A DNA stretch of 25,582 nt from Chthoniobacteraceae bacterium. GTDB taxonomy: Bacteria > Verrucomicrobiota > Verrucomicrobiia > Chthoniobacterales > Chthoniobacteraceae. Position 1 is the stretch's first letter. The number at the start of each line of letters is the position of its first letter. A model generated the notes under the pieces. It was given only the letters and a program-made list of their open reading frames with translations. It was not told the DNA's origin and searched no databases. Both the position numbers and the translations under genes were made by a program. Location of the stretch: contig JANNWY010000066.1 in NCBI GenBank assembly GCA_031409335.1, forward strand, positions 1 to 25,582. The letters run 5' to 3'. Of the stretch, positions 1 through 9,519 are shown piece after piece.

Positions 1-621
1 CGCTGCTTCAACCGGATGCACGACCTTTACCCCGGAAACCGCTACGAGGGGGAAATCGTGCTCCAGCCCGACAACATCAACCTGCTCGGTCCCAAGGTCG
101 ATCCCATCGAACTGCGGATGCGCGTCGGCATGGTCTTCCAGAAGTCGAATCCTTTTCCCAAGTCGATCTACGAAAATGTCGCCTACGGGCTGCGCATCCA
201 GGGCGTGAATGACCGGCGCCGGCTGGATGAAGTCGTCGAGCAAAGCCTGCGCAGCGCGGCGCTGTGGGATGAGGCGAAGGACCGGCTGCACGAGAACGCG
301 CTCGGCCTGAGCGGCGGCCAGCAGCAGCGGTTGTGCATCGCGCGGACCATCGCGATCGAGCCGGAAATCATCCTCATGGACGAGCCGTGCAGCGCGCTCG
401 ATCCCCTCGCCACGGCGAAGATCGAAGAACTGATCTTCACGCTCAAGGAGCGGTTCACGATCGTCATCGTCACGCACAACATGCAGCAAGCGGGACGGTG
501 CTCGGATTACACCGCGTTCTTTTACCTCGGGCGGCTCATCGAGCACGACCGCACGGCGAAGATCTTCACCGCGCCGCGCGTGAAGCAGACCGAGGAATAC
601 ATCACCGGGCGATTCGGATGA
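1..621 (+). CDS. pstB: Phosphate ABC transporter ATP-binding protein (5'-truncated by the window edge)
   Basis: Frame is open from base 1. Q-loop [11 protein letters not shown], signature [13 protein letters not shown], Walker B/D-loop [13 protein letters not shown]-loop VTHNMQQA and the PstB C-terminus [10 protein letters not shown] are all present. Confidence 0.95.
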   Translation, partial: RCFNRMHDLYPGNRYEGEIVLQPDNINLLGPKVDPIELRMRVGMVFQKSNPFPKSIYENVAYGLRIQGVNDRRRLDEVVEQSLRSAALWDEAKDRLHENALGLSGGQQQRLCIARTIAIEPEIILMDEPCSALDPLATAKIEELIFTLKERFTIVIVTHNMQQAGRCSDYTAFFYLGRLIEHDRTAKIFTAPRVKQTEEYITGRFG

Positions 622-1280
622 GCGTCTTTTGGGAACACCATCTCACGGAGTTGCGCGAGCAGGTGCTGCTCATGGGCACGCTCGCCGCGCGCAACGTCCA
701 CATGGCGCTGCGCGCTCTGGACGAGCGGGACGACCAGCTCGCCGCCACCGTCGAGCAGGAGGACGACCAGCTCGACCAACTCGAAATCCAGATCGACGAA
801 CTCGTTATCACCTTCATGTCCACGCACGCCCCGGTGGCGAAGGATTGCCGCCTGATGCTGGCGGCGTCGAAGATTTCCGCGAACCTCGAACGCATCGGCG
901 ACAGCGCGACGACCATCGCCCGGCAGGCAAGAATCCTCAGCCGCTGGCCGGCGCTGGGCGTGCCGCGCGATTTTCCCGGGCTGCGGCAGACAGTGTGCGC
1001 GCAGATGCAGGAGGCCATCGACGCCTTCCTGCAAGCGAACACGGCCAAGGCCACGGATCTCATCCCGAAAGACAAAACCGCCAACGCGCTTTTCCGGCAG
1101 GTCGCCGCCGAGTTGACCGACTGGATGCTCGACGACCGGGAAAAAGTCGTCCCGGCCATGGCGCTCCACGCCATCGCCCGGACGCTGGAGCGCATCGGCG
1201 ATCACGCCGTGAATATCGCCGAGGAAGTCGTCTTTCTTTATCGCGGCACGGACATCCGGCACGCGCACGCCGGGGCTTGA
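618..1280 (+). CDS. phoU: Phosphate signalling protein PhoU (220 aa)
   Basis: ATG at 618 overlaps the pstB stop (ATGA). Two PhoU repeats: [14 protein letters not shown]...LERIGDSA and [17 protein letters not shown]. Confidence 0.93.
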   Translation: MSVFWEHHLTELREQVLLMGTLAARNVHMALRALDERDDQLAATVEQEDDQLDQLEIQIDELVITFMSTHAPVAKDCRLMLAASKISANLERIGDSATTIARQARILSRWPALGVPRDFPGLRQTVCAQMQEAIDAFLQANTAKATDLIPKDKTANALFRQVAAELTDWMLDDREKVVPAMALHAIARTLERIGDHAVNIAEEVVFLYRGTDIRHAHAGA

Positions 1281-1310
1281 GGCGACGGCAGTTCGGTGCC
1301 GGGGTGGAGT

Positions 1311-1361
1311 GTGTCCGAATTTTGTCACAGCAACGGCACATTTGCGTCACGCGATTGTAAC
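1311..1361 (+). promoter_or_regulatory. Pho-box-like array: five 7-bp units at 11-bp spacing (putative PhoB/PhoP-type sites)
   Basis: GTGTCCG(1311), TTGTCAC(1322), ACGGCAC(1333), GCGTCAC(1344), TTGTAAC(1355), each separated by 4 bp. Resembles CTGTCAT-N4 Pho boxes and lies about 70 bp upstream of a phoU-pstSCAB operon. Confidence 0.72.
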
Positions 1362-1430
1362 ATTGGCGCGCGATATCCGCTCTCTCCCATTCCAAACCCG
1401 CTGATCCACCCGCCCGCCACCGCCCATTCG

Positions 1431-2534
1431 ATGCCGTCCCATTACGAAACCTCCCTCCAGAACGACCTCGACCGCCTCCGCTCCAAGCTCACGGAAATGG
1501 TCGGCCGCACCGAGCAGAGCCTGAGCGACGGCATCGTGGCGCTCATGGCTGGCAATCGGCAACTCGCCTACTCGATCATCCTGCGCGACACCTTCATTGA
1601 CGCGCTGGATCGCGAGATCGACCGGCTTTGCCTGGAGTTTATCGTGCGCCAGCAACCCGCCGGGTTGCACCTGCGATTTGCGGCGGGGGCGATCAAGATC
1701 AACCTCGAACTCGAGCGCGTGGGCGACTACGCTAAGAGCATCGCGAAGCAGTCGCTGAAGCTCAGCCGCCTCGGCGAACTGGCCGTGCCTGCGAGCTTTC
1801 AAGAAATCGCCGATCGCGCCATCCCGCTCGTGAGTGAGGCGATCGCGGCATTCACGGCACAGGACGTGGAGAAAGCGCGGCGGGTGATCGCCGACACCAC
1901 GGATGTCGATCGGGTGCGCTCGCGGATCAGCGAGGAGCTTTTCGCCGCGAGGCACGCGGGCAAGATTCCGCTCGAAGCCTATGATCCGCTGATCAACATC
2001 GCCCGCCGCTTCGAGCGCGTGGCCGACCAGGCGAAGAACATCTGTCAGGAGACCATTTATGTGCTGACCGGGGAGTATGCGAAGCACGGGCGCGGGGCCG
2101 TCTTGCGCGTGCTCTTCATCGACGGCGCGAATGCCGGCGGGAGCCAGATGGCGGAAGCGATCGGGCAGGCGCTCGCGGATTCACGTTTCGTTTTCAACAG
2201 TGCGGGGTTGGAGCCGAAAGCGGTGGATCGCGGGCTCATCGAATTCATGGCGGGCAAAGGTATCGACATTTCGTCGGTCAAAGCCCGTCCCGTCGAACAG
2301 GTGCCAAACCTGGAGCACTATCAGGTCTTCATCGCGCTCACGCCCCAAGCGGTCAGCGCATTCCCGCCGCCGAACATGAAGACCGTGAACCTCGAATGGA
2401 CGCTCCCCGACCCGGCCGCCGGCGAGCGCCTCGGCACCGCCAACGCCTATCAGGAGACGTGGAATTTTCTCCAAACCCACATCCACGATCTCGTGCAGGC
2501 GCTCCTCGGCGAGCAGGCGAAAGCGCTGCGCTGA
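1431..2534 (+). CDS. phoU: PhoU fused to a C-terminal ArsC/LMW-PTP-like domain with a degenerate active site (367 aa)
   Basis: N-terminal PhoU repeats (DALDREIDRLC...LERVGDYAKSIA; FERVADQAKNICQE). C-terminal RVLFIDGANAGGSQMAEA...SAGLEP...GIDISS...WTLPDP matches the LMW-PTP/ArsC fold. Start set at ATG 1431 (MPSHYE) rather than the longer ORF-track start. Confidence 0.88.
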   Translation: MPSHYETSLQNDLDRLRSKLTEMVGRTEQSLSDGIVALMAGNRQLAYSIILRDTFIDALDREIDRLCLEFIVRQQPAGLHLRFAAGAIKINLELERVGDYAKSIAKQSLKLSRLGELAVPASFQEIADRAIPLVSEAIAAFTAQDVEKARRVIADTTDVDRVRSRISEELFAARHAGKIPLEAYDPLINIARRFERVADQAKNICQETIYVLTGEYAKHGRGAVLRVLFIDGANAGGSQMAEAIGQALADSRFVFNSAGLEPKAVDRGLIEFMAGKGIDISSVKARPVEQVPNLEHYQVFIALTPQAVSAFPPPNMKTVNLEWTLPDPAAGERLGTANAYQETWNFLQTHIHDLVQALLGEQAKALR

Positions 2535-2583
2535 TCCCCATTCTCAGATCGACTCAACCCATCAACCCCAACTGACCACCCAC

Positions 2584-3504
2584 ATGAATTATACCACCCT
2601 CACTTTCAGCGCAGCCGTCATGGCCACTGCATTCGCCTTCTCCGGTTGCGGAAAAAAATCCGGCGACTCCGCCAGCACCAGCGCCGGCAGCGATGCGCCG
2701 AAAAAGAAAATGACCGAAATCCGCGCGAAAGGCTCGGACACCATGATCCAGCTCGCGACGGCGTGGGCGGAGGCTTATCGGAAAGTGGATCCAAACGTGA
2801 TGATTAACGCCAACGGCGGCGGCTCGGGCACCGGCATCGCCGCGCTCGTGAATGGCACCGCGGACATCTGCAACGCTTCGCGCGAAATCAAGAAAGAGGA
2901 AGCCGAGAAGATCAAGGCGGCGACGGGCAAGGATGTGAAGGAAACCGCCATCGCCTACGACGCGCTGGCGATCTATTCCAACAAGGCGAATCCGCTGACG
3001 GACATCTCGATCGAGGAATTGACCGAGATTTGGGCCGAGGGCGGGGTTGATGAGAATTGGGAGCAGATCAACCCGGCTTTCACCGGCAAGATCGTGCTGA
3101 TCGGGCGGCAGAGCAGCAGCGGCACGTATGACTATTTCCGCGAGCACATCTGCGGGAAGACGGCGGACAAAAAGCAGCGTGAATTCCGCCAGGGCATCAG
3201 CGAGTTGGTCGGCTCGTCGGAGGTCGTCGAGAATGTCGTGAAGACGCCGACGGCGATCGGCTACAGCGGCATGGGCTACAAGACGCCGGGCGTGAACTGG
3301 CTCAAAGTTTCCAAGAAAAAAGGCGAGCCCGGTGTCGAGCCCGGCATCGACGCGGCCCGCAGTGGCGCGTATCCGATTTCGCGTAAACTCTACATCTACA
3401 CCGTCGGCGAGCCCGAGGGTGAGACGAAGGCATTCATCGACTGGGTGCTCTCGGACGCGGGCCAGAAAATCGTCGCTGCCGAAGGTTTCGTCCCGCTCAA
3501 GTAA
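2584..3504 (+). CDS. pstS: Phosphate ABC transporter substrate-binding lipoprotein
   Basis: Lipobox-like AFSG-C; motifs KGSDTM, GGGSGTG, NASR, GRQSSSGTYDYF and YPISRKLYIY. Confidence 0.93.
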   Translation: MNYTTLTFSAAVMATAFAFSGCGKKSGDSASTSAGSDAPKKKMTEIRAKGSDTMIQLATAWAEAYRKVDPNVMINANGGGSGTGIAALVNGTADICNASREIKKEEAEKIKAATGKDVKETAIAYDALAIYSNKANPLTDISIEELTEIWAEGGVDENWEQINPAFTGKIVLIGRQSSSGTYDYFREHICGKTADKKQREFRQGISELVGSSEVVENVVKTPTAIGYSGMGYKTPGVNWLKVSKKKGEPGVEPGIDAARSGAYPISRKLYIYTVGEPEGETKAFIDWVLSDAGQKIVAAEGFVPLK

Positions 3505-3525
3505 GACTTGCCAACTTCGCGAAAC

Positions 3526-3561
3526 CGCCCCGCCGGGGAGACATCCGGCGGGGCGTTTTTT
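3526..3561 (+). terminator. Intrinsic terminator or mRNA-stabilising hairpin between pstS and pstC
   Basis: Perfect 11-bp stem CGCCCCGCCGG/CCGGCGGGGCG with an 8-nt loop, followed by TTTTTT. Confidence 0.85.
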
Positions 3562-3573
3562 GCAAATCACCCG

Positions 3574-4567
3574 ATGCACGATTCCGCCCACACGACTCCG
3601 CGACGCCGCAGACTGCCGCTGATCGACTGGTTTGAAAAACCGATCGAACTGCTCATCCGCATATCGGGATGGAGTTCGATCATCGGTGTCGTCACGATCT
3701 TCTTGTTCATCTTCCGCGAGGCCGCGCCGATGGTGCCGAAGCTCGATTGGTGGCAATTCTTCACCAGCCCGCGGTGGATTCCCAGCCCCGGCGCGGGCAA
3801 TGCGCCGAGCTACGGCGCACTCGGGCTGATCGTCGGCACCTTTGCCACCACGGGCCTCGCGCTGCTCGTCGCCGTGCCGGTCGGGCTCGGTGCGGCGGTG
3901 TACATCGCGGAGTTTGCGAAAGGGAAAACGAAGGAGACGCTCAAGATTGTGATCGAACTGCTCGCGGCCATCCCGAGCATCGTGTGGGGCTTCATCGGCC
4001 TGATGATCCTCGGTCCGTTGTTGCAGAAACTTTTTGTCGCGGAAGCGGGGAGCACTTGGGGGAAAATCATGGTCACGTTGCACCTCGCGAGCACCGAAAC
4101 CGGTGCCGCGCAGCCCACCAACTTGCTTTGCGGCGGCATCATCCTCGCGCTGATGAGCGTCCCGCTCATCGTCTCGCTCGCCGAGGATGCGCTGCGCGCC
4201 GTGCCGGATTCCTTCCGCGAAGCCGCGCTCGCGCTCGGCGCGAACCAATGGGAAACCGTCCGCCGCGTGCTCTTCCCCGCCGCGCGCAATGGCCTGCTCG
4301 CCGCGTGCCTGCTCGGCATGGGCCGCGCCGTCGGCGAGACGATGGCCGTGCTGCTCGCCACCGGCCACAGCAACCGCATCCCCGAAGCCCTCACCGATCC
4401 CGTCCGCACCATCACCGCCACCATCGCCTCCGAGATGGGCGAAACCGCGCACGGCGACCCGCACTACCAAGTGCTCTTCATCCTTGGCATCGTCCTTTTC
4501 ATCATCACCTGCGGGATCAATGTCGCAGCGGATCTCATCATCAAGGGCGTGAAAAAACAGGGCCACG

Positions 4568-4572
<5 letters not shown>
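3574..4572 (+). CDS. pstC: Phosphate ABC transporter permease PstC (332 aa)
   Basis: ELLAAIPSIVWG, EAA loop REAALALGANQWET, GRAVGETMAVL. Start taken at ATG 3574, downstream of the hairpin. Confidence 0.93.
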
Positions 4573-4720
<148 letters not shown>

Positions 4721-4724
<4 letters not shown>

Positions 4725-5686
4725 CCGCCGCCGCCCCCGCCAACCCTTTCACCCCAACCCGCCACGAGCAGCGCCGCCAGCGCGCCGTCACGCGAAACAA
4801 GTGGATCATGTTCAGCTTCTGCATGGCGCTGGTCATCCCGCTGTTCCTCATCGTCGGCCACATTTTCCACGAAGCCTGGCCGGTCCTCTCGCTCGACTAC
4901 CTCTGGGAAAACCCGAGCAACAAAGGCAAGTCCGGCGGCCTCTGGGCGCCGCTCATCGGCACGTTTTATCTCGTCATCATCTCCCTGCTTTTCGTCGCGC
5001 CAGTCGGCGTGCTCGGCGCGATCTACCTGAATGAATACGCCCGCGAAGGCTGGCTCAACCGCGTCATCAGCATCACCGTCACCACGCTCGCCGGAGTGCC
5101 CAGCATCGTGCATGGCCTCTTCGGCCTCGGCGCCTTCGTCCTCACCATGCTCCCCGGCATCAATCGCCTTTTCGCCGACCCGAACGACAAGGATTCACAA
5201 TGGCACGCCGGCCTGTTCACCGCCGCGCTCACCATCGCGGTGATGAATCTGCCCGTCATCATCACCGCCTCCCGCGAGGCGCTTGGCGCCGTGCCGCAAG
5301 CCTTCCGCGAAGCGTGCTGGAATCTCGGCGCGACCCGCTGGCAGACCATCCGCACCATCGTCCTCCCGAATTCGCTCAGCGGAATGCTCACCGGCGTCAT
5401 CCTCGAAATCTGCCGCTGCGCCGGCGAGACCGCGCCCATCCTTTTCACCGGCGTCACCTTTTTCAAATTCATCGCCGACGACGGCATGGACAAAATCTTC
5501 CCCTACCATCTCGGCGAACCCTTCATGGCGCTCTCCATGCACCTCCACGTCATCTCCAGCCAGATTTCGCAGATGCCCGACGCGATGAAATTCGGCTGCG
5601 CCGCGGTGATGCTCATGCTCATCCTTTTCATCAACAGCTTTGCCATCGCCCTGCGCGTCTGGCTGCGCGGTCGCAAACGCTGGTAA
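4721..5686 (+). CDS. pstA: Phosphate ABC transporter permease PstA
   Basis: AIYLNEYA, LAGVPSIVHGLFGL, REACWNLGATRWQTI, GETAPILFTG. Confidence 0.93.
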
Positions 5687-5692
5687 CACCGC

Positions 5693-6451
5693 ATGACCCA
5701 GCCGCATCTCGATTTTCAAAACGTCTCCGCCTTCTACGGCAAAAAGCAGGTGCTCAATGGCGTCAGCTTCGACGTGGGGCGCAACGAAATCCTCGGCATC
5801 ATCGGCCCCGCGAATTCCGGCAAGACCACGCTGCTCAAGACCGTCAACCGGACGCTCGATTTCGTCGCGAGAGCGCGTTTCACCGGCGATGTCAGGATTA
5901 CCGGCGAAAGCGTCCGCGCCATGCGCGATCCGAACGCGCTGCGCCGCCGCATCGGCATGGTCTTCCCGCTCCCCGTCGGGCTCCCGCTCACGGTCTATGA
6001 AAACGTCGCCTTCGCCCCGCGCCGCCAGGGCGTCAACGACAAGGCCGAGCTGGATGAAATCGTCGAGCGCTGCCTGCGCCAGTCCGTGCTGTGGGACGAG
6101 GTGAAAGACCGCCTCCAACTGCTCGGCACGAAACTCTCCGGGGGCCAGCAGCAGCGCCTCACCCTCGCCCGCGCGCTCTCGCTGGAGCCGGAGATTTTGT
6201 GCCTCGATGAATTCAGCATCGCCATCGACCCCGTCACCACGATGCGCATCGAGGAAGTGCTGAAAGAATTGCGCAAAAGCATGACGATCCTCCTCGTCAC
6301 GAACCTGGTGCAACAAGCCCGCCGCCTCGCCGACCGCACGCTCTTTTTGTGGAACGGCGACGTGATCGAGTGCGACAAAACCGACGTGATTTTCAGTGAC
6401 ACGCCAAAGGACCGGCGGACTTACGACTACGTGAACGGGATTTTCGGATGA
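5693..6451 (+). CDS. pstB: PstB-like ABC ATPase with an intact signature but a degenerate Q-loop and H-loop
   Basis: Walker A GPANSGKT, GMVFPLP (Q replaced by P), [28 protein letters not shown] (H replaced by N), C-terminus YVNGIFG. Confidence 0.88.
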   Translation: MTQPHLDFQNVSAFYGKKQVLNGVSFDVGRNEILGIIGPANSGKTTLLKTVNRTLDFVARARFTGDVRITGESVRAMRDPNALRRRIGMVFPLPVGLPLTVYENVAFAPRRQGVNDKAELDEIVERCLRQSVLWDEVKDRLQLLGTKLSGGQQQRLTLARALSLEPEILCLDEFSIAIDPVTTMRIEEVLKELRKSMTILLVTNLVQQARRLADRTLFLWNGDVIECDKTDVIFSDTPKDRRTYDYVNGIFG

Positions 6452-7215
6452 CCCAAAAACACACCATCACCTGCCGCGACGTGAAGCTCTGGTACGGGAA
6501 TTTCCAGGCGCTCAAAGGCGTCACCGTCGATATCAAGGACGGCCAGATCACCTCGCTCATCGGCCCGAGCGGCTGCGGGAAGACCACGCTGCTGCGCTGC
6601 TTCAACCGCGTCAACGAACGCTACGGGAACGTGCGCACCGAGGGTGAGATCAAGATTCTCGGTAAGAATGTCTATGACGACGACGTCTCGCTTTTCGAGC
6701 TGCGCAAGAAAGTCGGCATGGTCTTCCAGCGCCCAAATCCGCTGCCGATTTCGGTCTATGAAAACATCGTCTTCGGGCTGCGCATCCACTCCGAAAAGCC
6801 GCCCACCAAAAGCGAACTCGACACCACCGTTGAAAAGGCGCTGACCGAAACCGGCCTGTGGGACGACCTCAAAAACCGGCTCCACGACAAGGCCACCAAC
6901 CTCCAGCTCGAGCAGCAGCAAAAGCTCTGCATCGCCCGCCTGCTCCCGCTCAAACCCGAGGTCATCCTGATGGACGAACCGTGCAGCGCGCTCGACGTGG
7001 AAGGCACGCGCGCCATTGAGGAGCTGATGTTTTCGCTGCGCGGAAAATTCACCATCGTCATCGTCACGCACAACATGGCGCAAGCCCGGCGCGCGAGCGA
7101 CGAGGCGATCTTCATGCTTCTGGGGGAACTCATCGAGCACTCCCGCACCGCCGATCTTTTCCTGACGCCCAAATACGCGAAGACCGCCGATTACATCGAA
7201 GGCCGCTACGGTTGA
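6448..7215 (+). CDS. pstB: PstB-like ABC ATPase with intact Walker/Q/H motifs but a degenerate signature
   Basis: ATGA overlap with the previous gene. GPSGCGKT, GMVFQRPNP, LQLEQQQK in place of [31 protein letters not shown]. Confidence 0.9.
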   Translation: MTQKHTITCRDVKLWYGNFQALKGVTVDIKDGQITSLIGPSGCGKTTLLRCFNRVNERYGNVRTEGEIKILGKNVYDDDVSLFELRKKVGMVFQRPNPLPISVYENIVFGLRIHSEKPPTKSELDTTVEKALTETGLWDDLKNRLHDKATNLQLEQQQKLCIARLLPLKPEVILMDEPCSALDVEGTRAIEELMFSLRGKFTIVIVTHNMAQARRASDEAIFMLLGELIEHSRTADLFLTPKYAKTADYIEGRYG

Positions 7216-7228
7216 TGCCAGGCGAAGT

Positions 7229-7987
7229 TCACTGCGCTGTCCAACCGCCGTCGATGATCACATCGGTCCCGGTGATGTATCCCGCGTCGTCGGAGCAGAG
7301 GTAAACTGCGAGCTTCGCAATCTCCGCCGGTTGTCCCCAACGATTCGCGGGGATTTTCGCGAGAAATTCCGCGCGCAATTCCGCGTTCTGCATCAGCGGC
7401 GCATTGATCTCCGTGTCGCACACGCCGGGGCTGATGCCGTTGACGGTGATTTGGTCTCCGGCCAGTTCCAGCGCGAGCGCGCGGTTGAATCCCAGCAGCG
7501 CGGCCTTGCTCGCCGAGTAGGCGGTGCGGCCCGGCAAAGAAATGTGCGCCATCATCGAAGTCATGTTGATGATGCGTCCGTAGCCGCGCCCTTTCATCAG
7601 CGGGACGAACGCGCGGCAGAGCAGGAATACGCTCGTCACGTTCGTATCCATCACGCTGCGCCACTCGGCGAGGGTGAAGTCGGTGATCGGTTTGCGAATG
7701 TTGATGCCGGCGTTGTTGATGAGGATGTGCAGACGGTCGCCGAGCTTCGCGGTGAAAACGTCGAGGACGCGGGCGACCTGCGCTTCGTCGCTGACATCGG
7801 CAGCGATCACCTCGGCGCAGCCGCCACCGTCGCGGATTTCTTTTGCCACTTCGTCCAGTTTCGCTGCATCGCGCGACACCAGCGCGACGGTCGCGCCTGC
7901 GTCGGCAAGCGCGAGCGCCATCGCCTTGCCAAGTCCCTTGCTCGCGCCGGTGATGAGCGCGGTTTTTCCAAGAAGTGATTGAGCCAT
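7229..7987 (-). CDS. Classical short-chain dehydrogenase/reductase (gluconate-5-dehydrogenase/KduD-like; substrate unknown)
   Basis: TGASKGLG, NNAG, YSASK, VNGISPG, IDGG. Confidence 0.92.
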   Translation of the reverse strand: MAQSLLGKTALITGASKGLGKAMALALADAGATVALVSRDAAKLDEVAKEIRDGGGCAEVIAADVSDEAQVARVLDVFTAKLGDRLHILINNAGINIRKPITDFTLAEWRSVMDTNVTSVFLLCRAFVPLMKGRGYGRIINMTSMMAHISLPGRTAYSASKAALLGFNRALALELAGDQITVNGISPGVCDTEINAPLMQNAELRAEFLAKIPANRWGQPAEIAKLAVYLCSDDAGYITGTDVIIDGGWTAQ

Positions 7988-7996
7988 GCCGGAACG

Positions 7997-9418
7997 CTAG
8001 TGAAGTCGATCCGCGTCCAGCAACCGGTTTCGCGATGACTTCAGCCGCAAGTAGAGCGGCAGGCCGGAGGCGATCAGCACGAGGCCGAACAATGATTCGA
8101 GGCGAGCGGTGACGAGCGTATTGGCGAGCAGGGCGCTCGCCACGGCGATGAACACCACGGGCACCAACGGGTAGCCGAAGGTTTTGTACGGGCGCGGAAG
8201 GTCTGGCATTTTTCGTCGCAGGACAAAGACCGCCGAGGTCGTGAGTGCGTAAAAAATCCAGCCGGCGAACACGACGCAATCGGTGAGCTGATCGAACGTG
8301 CCCGAGATCGCGAGCAGGCTGGCCCACAAGGCGAGGACGATGATCGAAGTCACCGGCACGGCGGTCGTTTCATTCAGGCGGGCAAAGCGCGCAAAGAACA
8401 AGCCATCGCGAGCCATCGCGTATGGAACGCGGGCATTGGTCAGGAGCGAGCCATTCAGCAAGCCGAGCGTCGAGATGATGAACGCCACCGCGACCAGCGA
8501 CGGACCATGCGCGCCGAGAAAGGAGCGCGCCGCCATCGCCGCGACGGGCAGGGCGTCGCGATGCCGCGTGGAATTCGCGGTGACGATTTCGCCGAACGGA
8601 AGCGCGTAGAAATAGGCGACGTTCGCCGCGGCGTACGCGAGCAGCACGACCGCCATGCCGATGAACAGCGCCAGCGGAATGTTGCGCCCCGGATTGCGCA
8701 CTTCGCCCGCCACCATCGGCATGTTGTTCCAGCCGTCGAAAGCCCAGAGCGCCGCGATCATCGCCGCCCCAAACGCGGAGAATCCGCACCACTCCCCTGC
8801 TCCTGCTGGCGCGGCGAAATGCTGCCACGTCGTCCCTTTTCCAAACCAAAACACGCCGATGACGAGTGTGGCGATGGCTGCCACTTTGAGCAATGTGAGC
8901 ACGAATTGAATCCGCCCGCCGAAGACCACGCGCAGGCAATTCAGCCCGGCGCACGCCACGATCACGAGCACGGCGACGACCTGCTTGATGCCGAATTGCC
9001 AGTCGAACCTCTCGCCCAGCACGATGAAACTTTTCTTCACCCAAACCGCGTCGAGCGGAATCACCGAGGACAGAAATGTGGCGAACGCGACCCCAGCGAT
9101 GGCGATCGATCCCGCGCCGCCCACGGTGATGCGCATCCAGCCGAACAGGAACGCCGGCAGGTCGCCGTAGGCCGTGCGGAGATACACGTATTCGCCGCCC
9201 GCTTTGGGAAGGAGCGCGCCGAGTTCCGCGTAGGTCAACGCGCCCGCGAGGGAAAGCATCCCGGCGACGAGCCAGGCCAGCAGCACCCACTGCGGCGCAC
9301 CGACCGCCTGCGCCATCGGCGTCGTTTTCAAAAAAACTCCGGTGCCGATGATCGTGCCGATCACGAGAGCGGTGGCGTCGCGGAGGCCAAGGCTCCGGAT
9401 GAGTTCGGGCTGTGACAT
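7997..9418 (-). CDS. APC-superfamily amino acid permease (LAT/SteT-like), 473 aa
   Basis: GTIIGTGVF, YAELGALLPKAGGEYVYL, WAFDGW, GEVRNPGRNIP, YAMARDGLF, RPYKTFGYP. Start set at ATG 9418. Its stop lies 9 bp upstream of the SDR start, suggesting one operon. Confidence 0.92.
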   Translation of the reverse strand: MSQPELIRSLGLRDATALVIGTIIGTGVFLKTTPMAQAVGAPQWVLLAWLVAGMLSLAGALTYAELGALLPKAGGEYVYLRTAYGDLPAFLFGWMRITVGGAGSIAIAGVAFATFLSSVIPLDAVWVKKSFIVLGERFDWQFGIKQVVAVLVIVACAGLNCLRVVFGGRIQFVLTLLKVAAIATLVIGVFWFGKGTTWQHFAAPAGAGEWCGFSAFGAAMIAALWAFDGWNNMPMVAGEVRNPGRNIPLALFIGMAVVLLAYAAANVAYFYALPFGEIVTANSTRHRDALPVAAMAARSFLGAHGPSLVAVAFIISTLGLLNGSLLTNARVPYAMARDGLFFARFARLNETTAVPVTSIIVLALWASLLAISGTFDQLTDCVVFAGWIFYALTTSAVFVLRRKMPDLPRPYKTFGYPLVPVVFIAVASALLANTLVTARLESLFGLVLIASGLPLYLRLKSSRNRLLDADRLH

Positions 9419-9519
9419 GAAAGGGGCCGGGAGCGTGGCGGTCACTTTCCAAGCGGGCAAGCGTAGAGGCCGATTCGCACCCCTTCACGGGCAAACTTCG
9501 CGCCGGTCGGCGGTGGCGG

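Noticed and set aside
333..617. N-terminal extension of the 315-aa ORF containing PhoU
   Set aside because: It overlaps pstB out of frame. The ATGA-coupled start at 618 gives a normal-length PhoU.
1296..1430. Longer start for the PhoU fusion
   Set aside because: It would run through the Pho-box array, and PhoU similarity begins at ATG 1431.
2554..4566. 670-aa minus-strand ORF, and similar long antisense ORFs such as 13841-15748, 15848-17119, 20185-21585 and 22539-23924
   Set aside because: They shadow well-supported genes on the opposite strand, as expected in high-GC DNA, and show no recognisable motifs.
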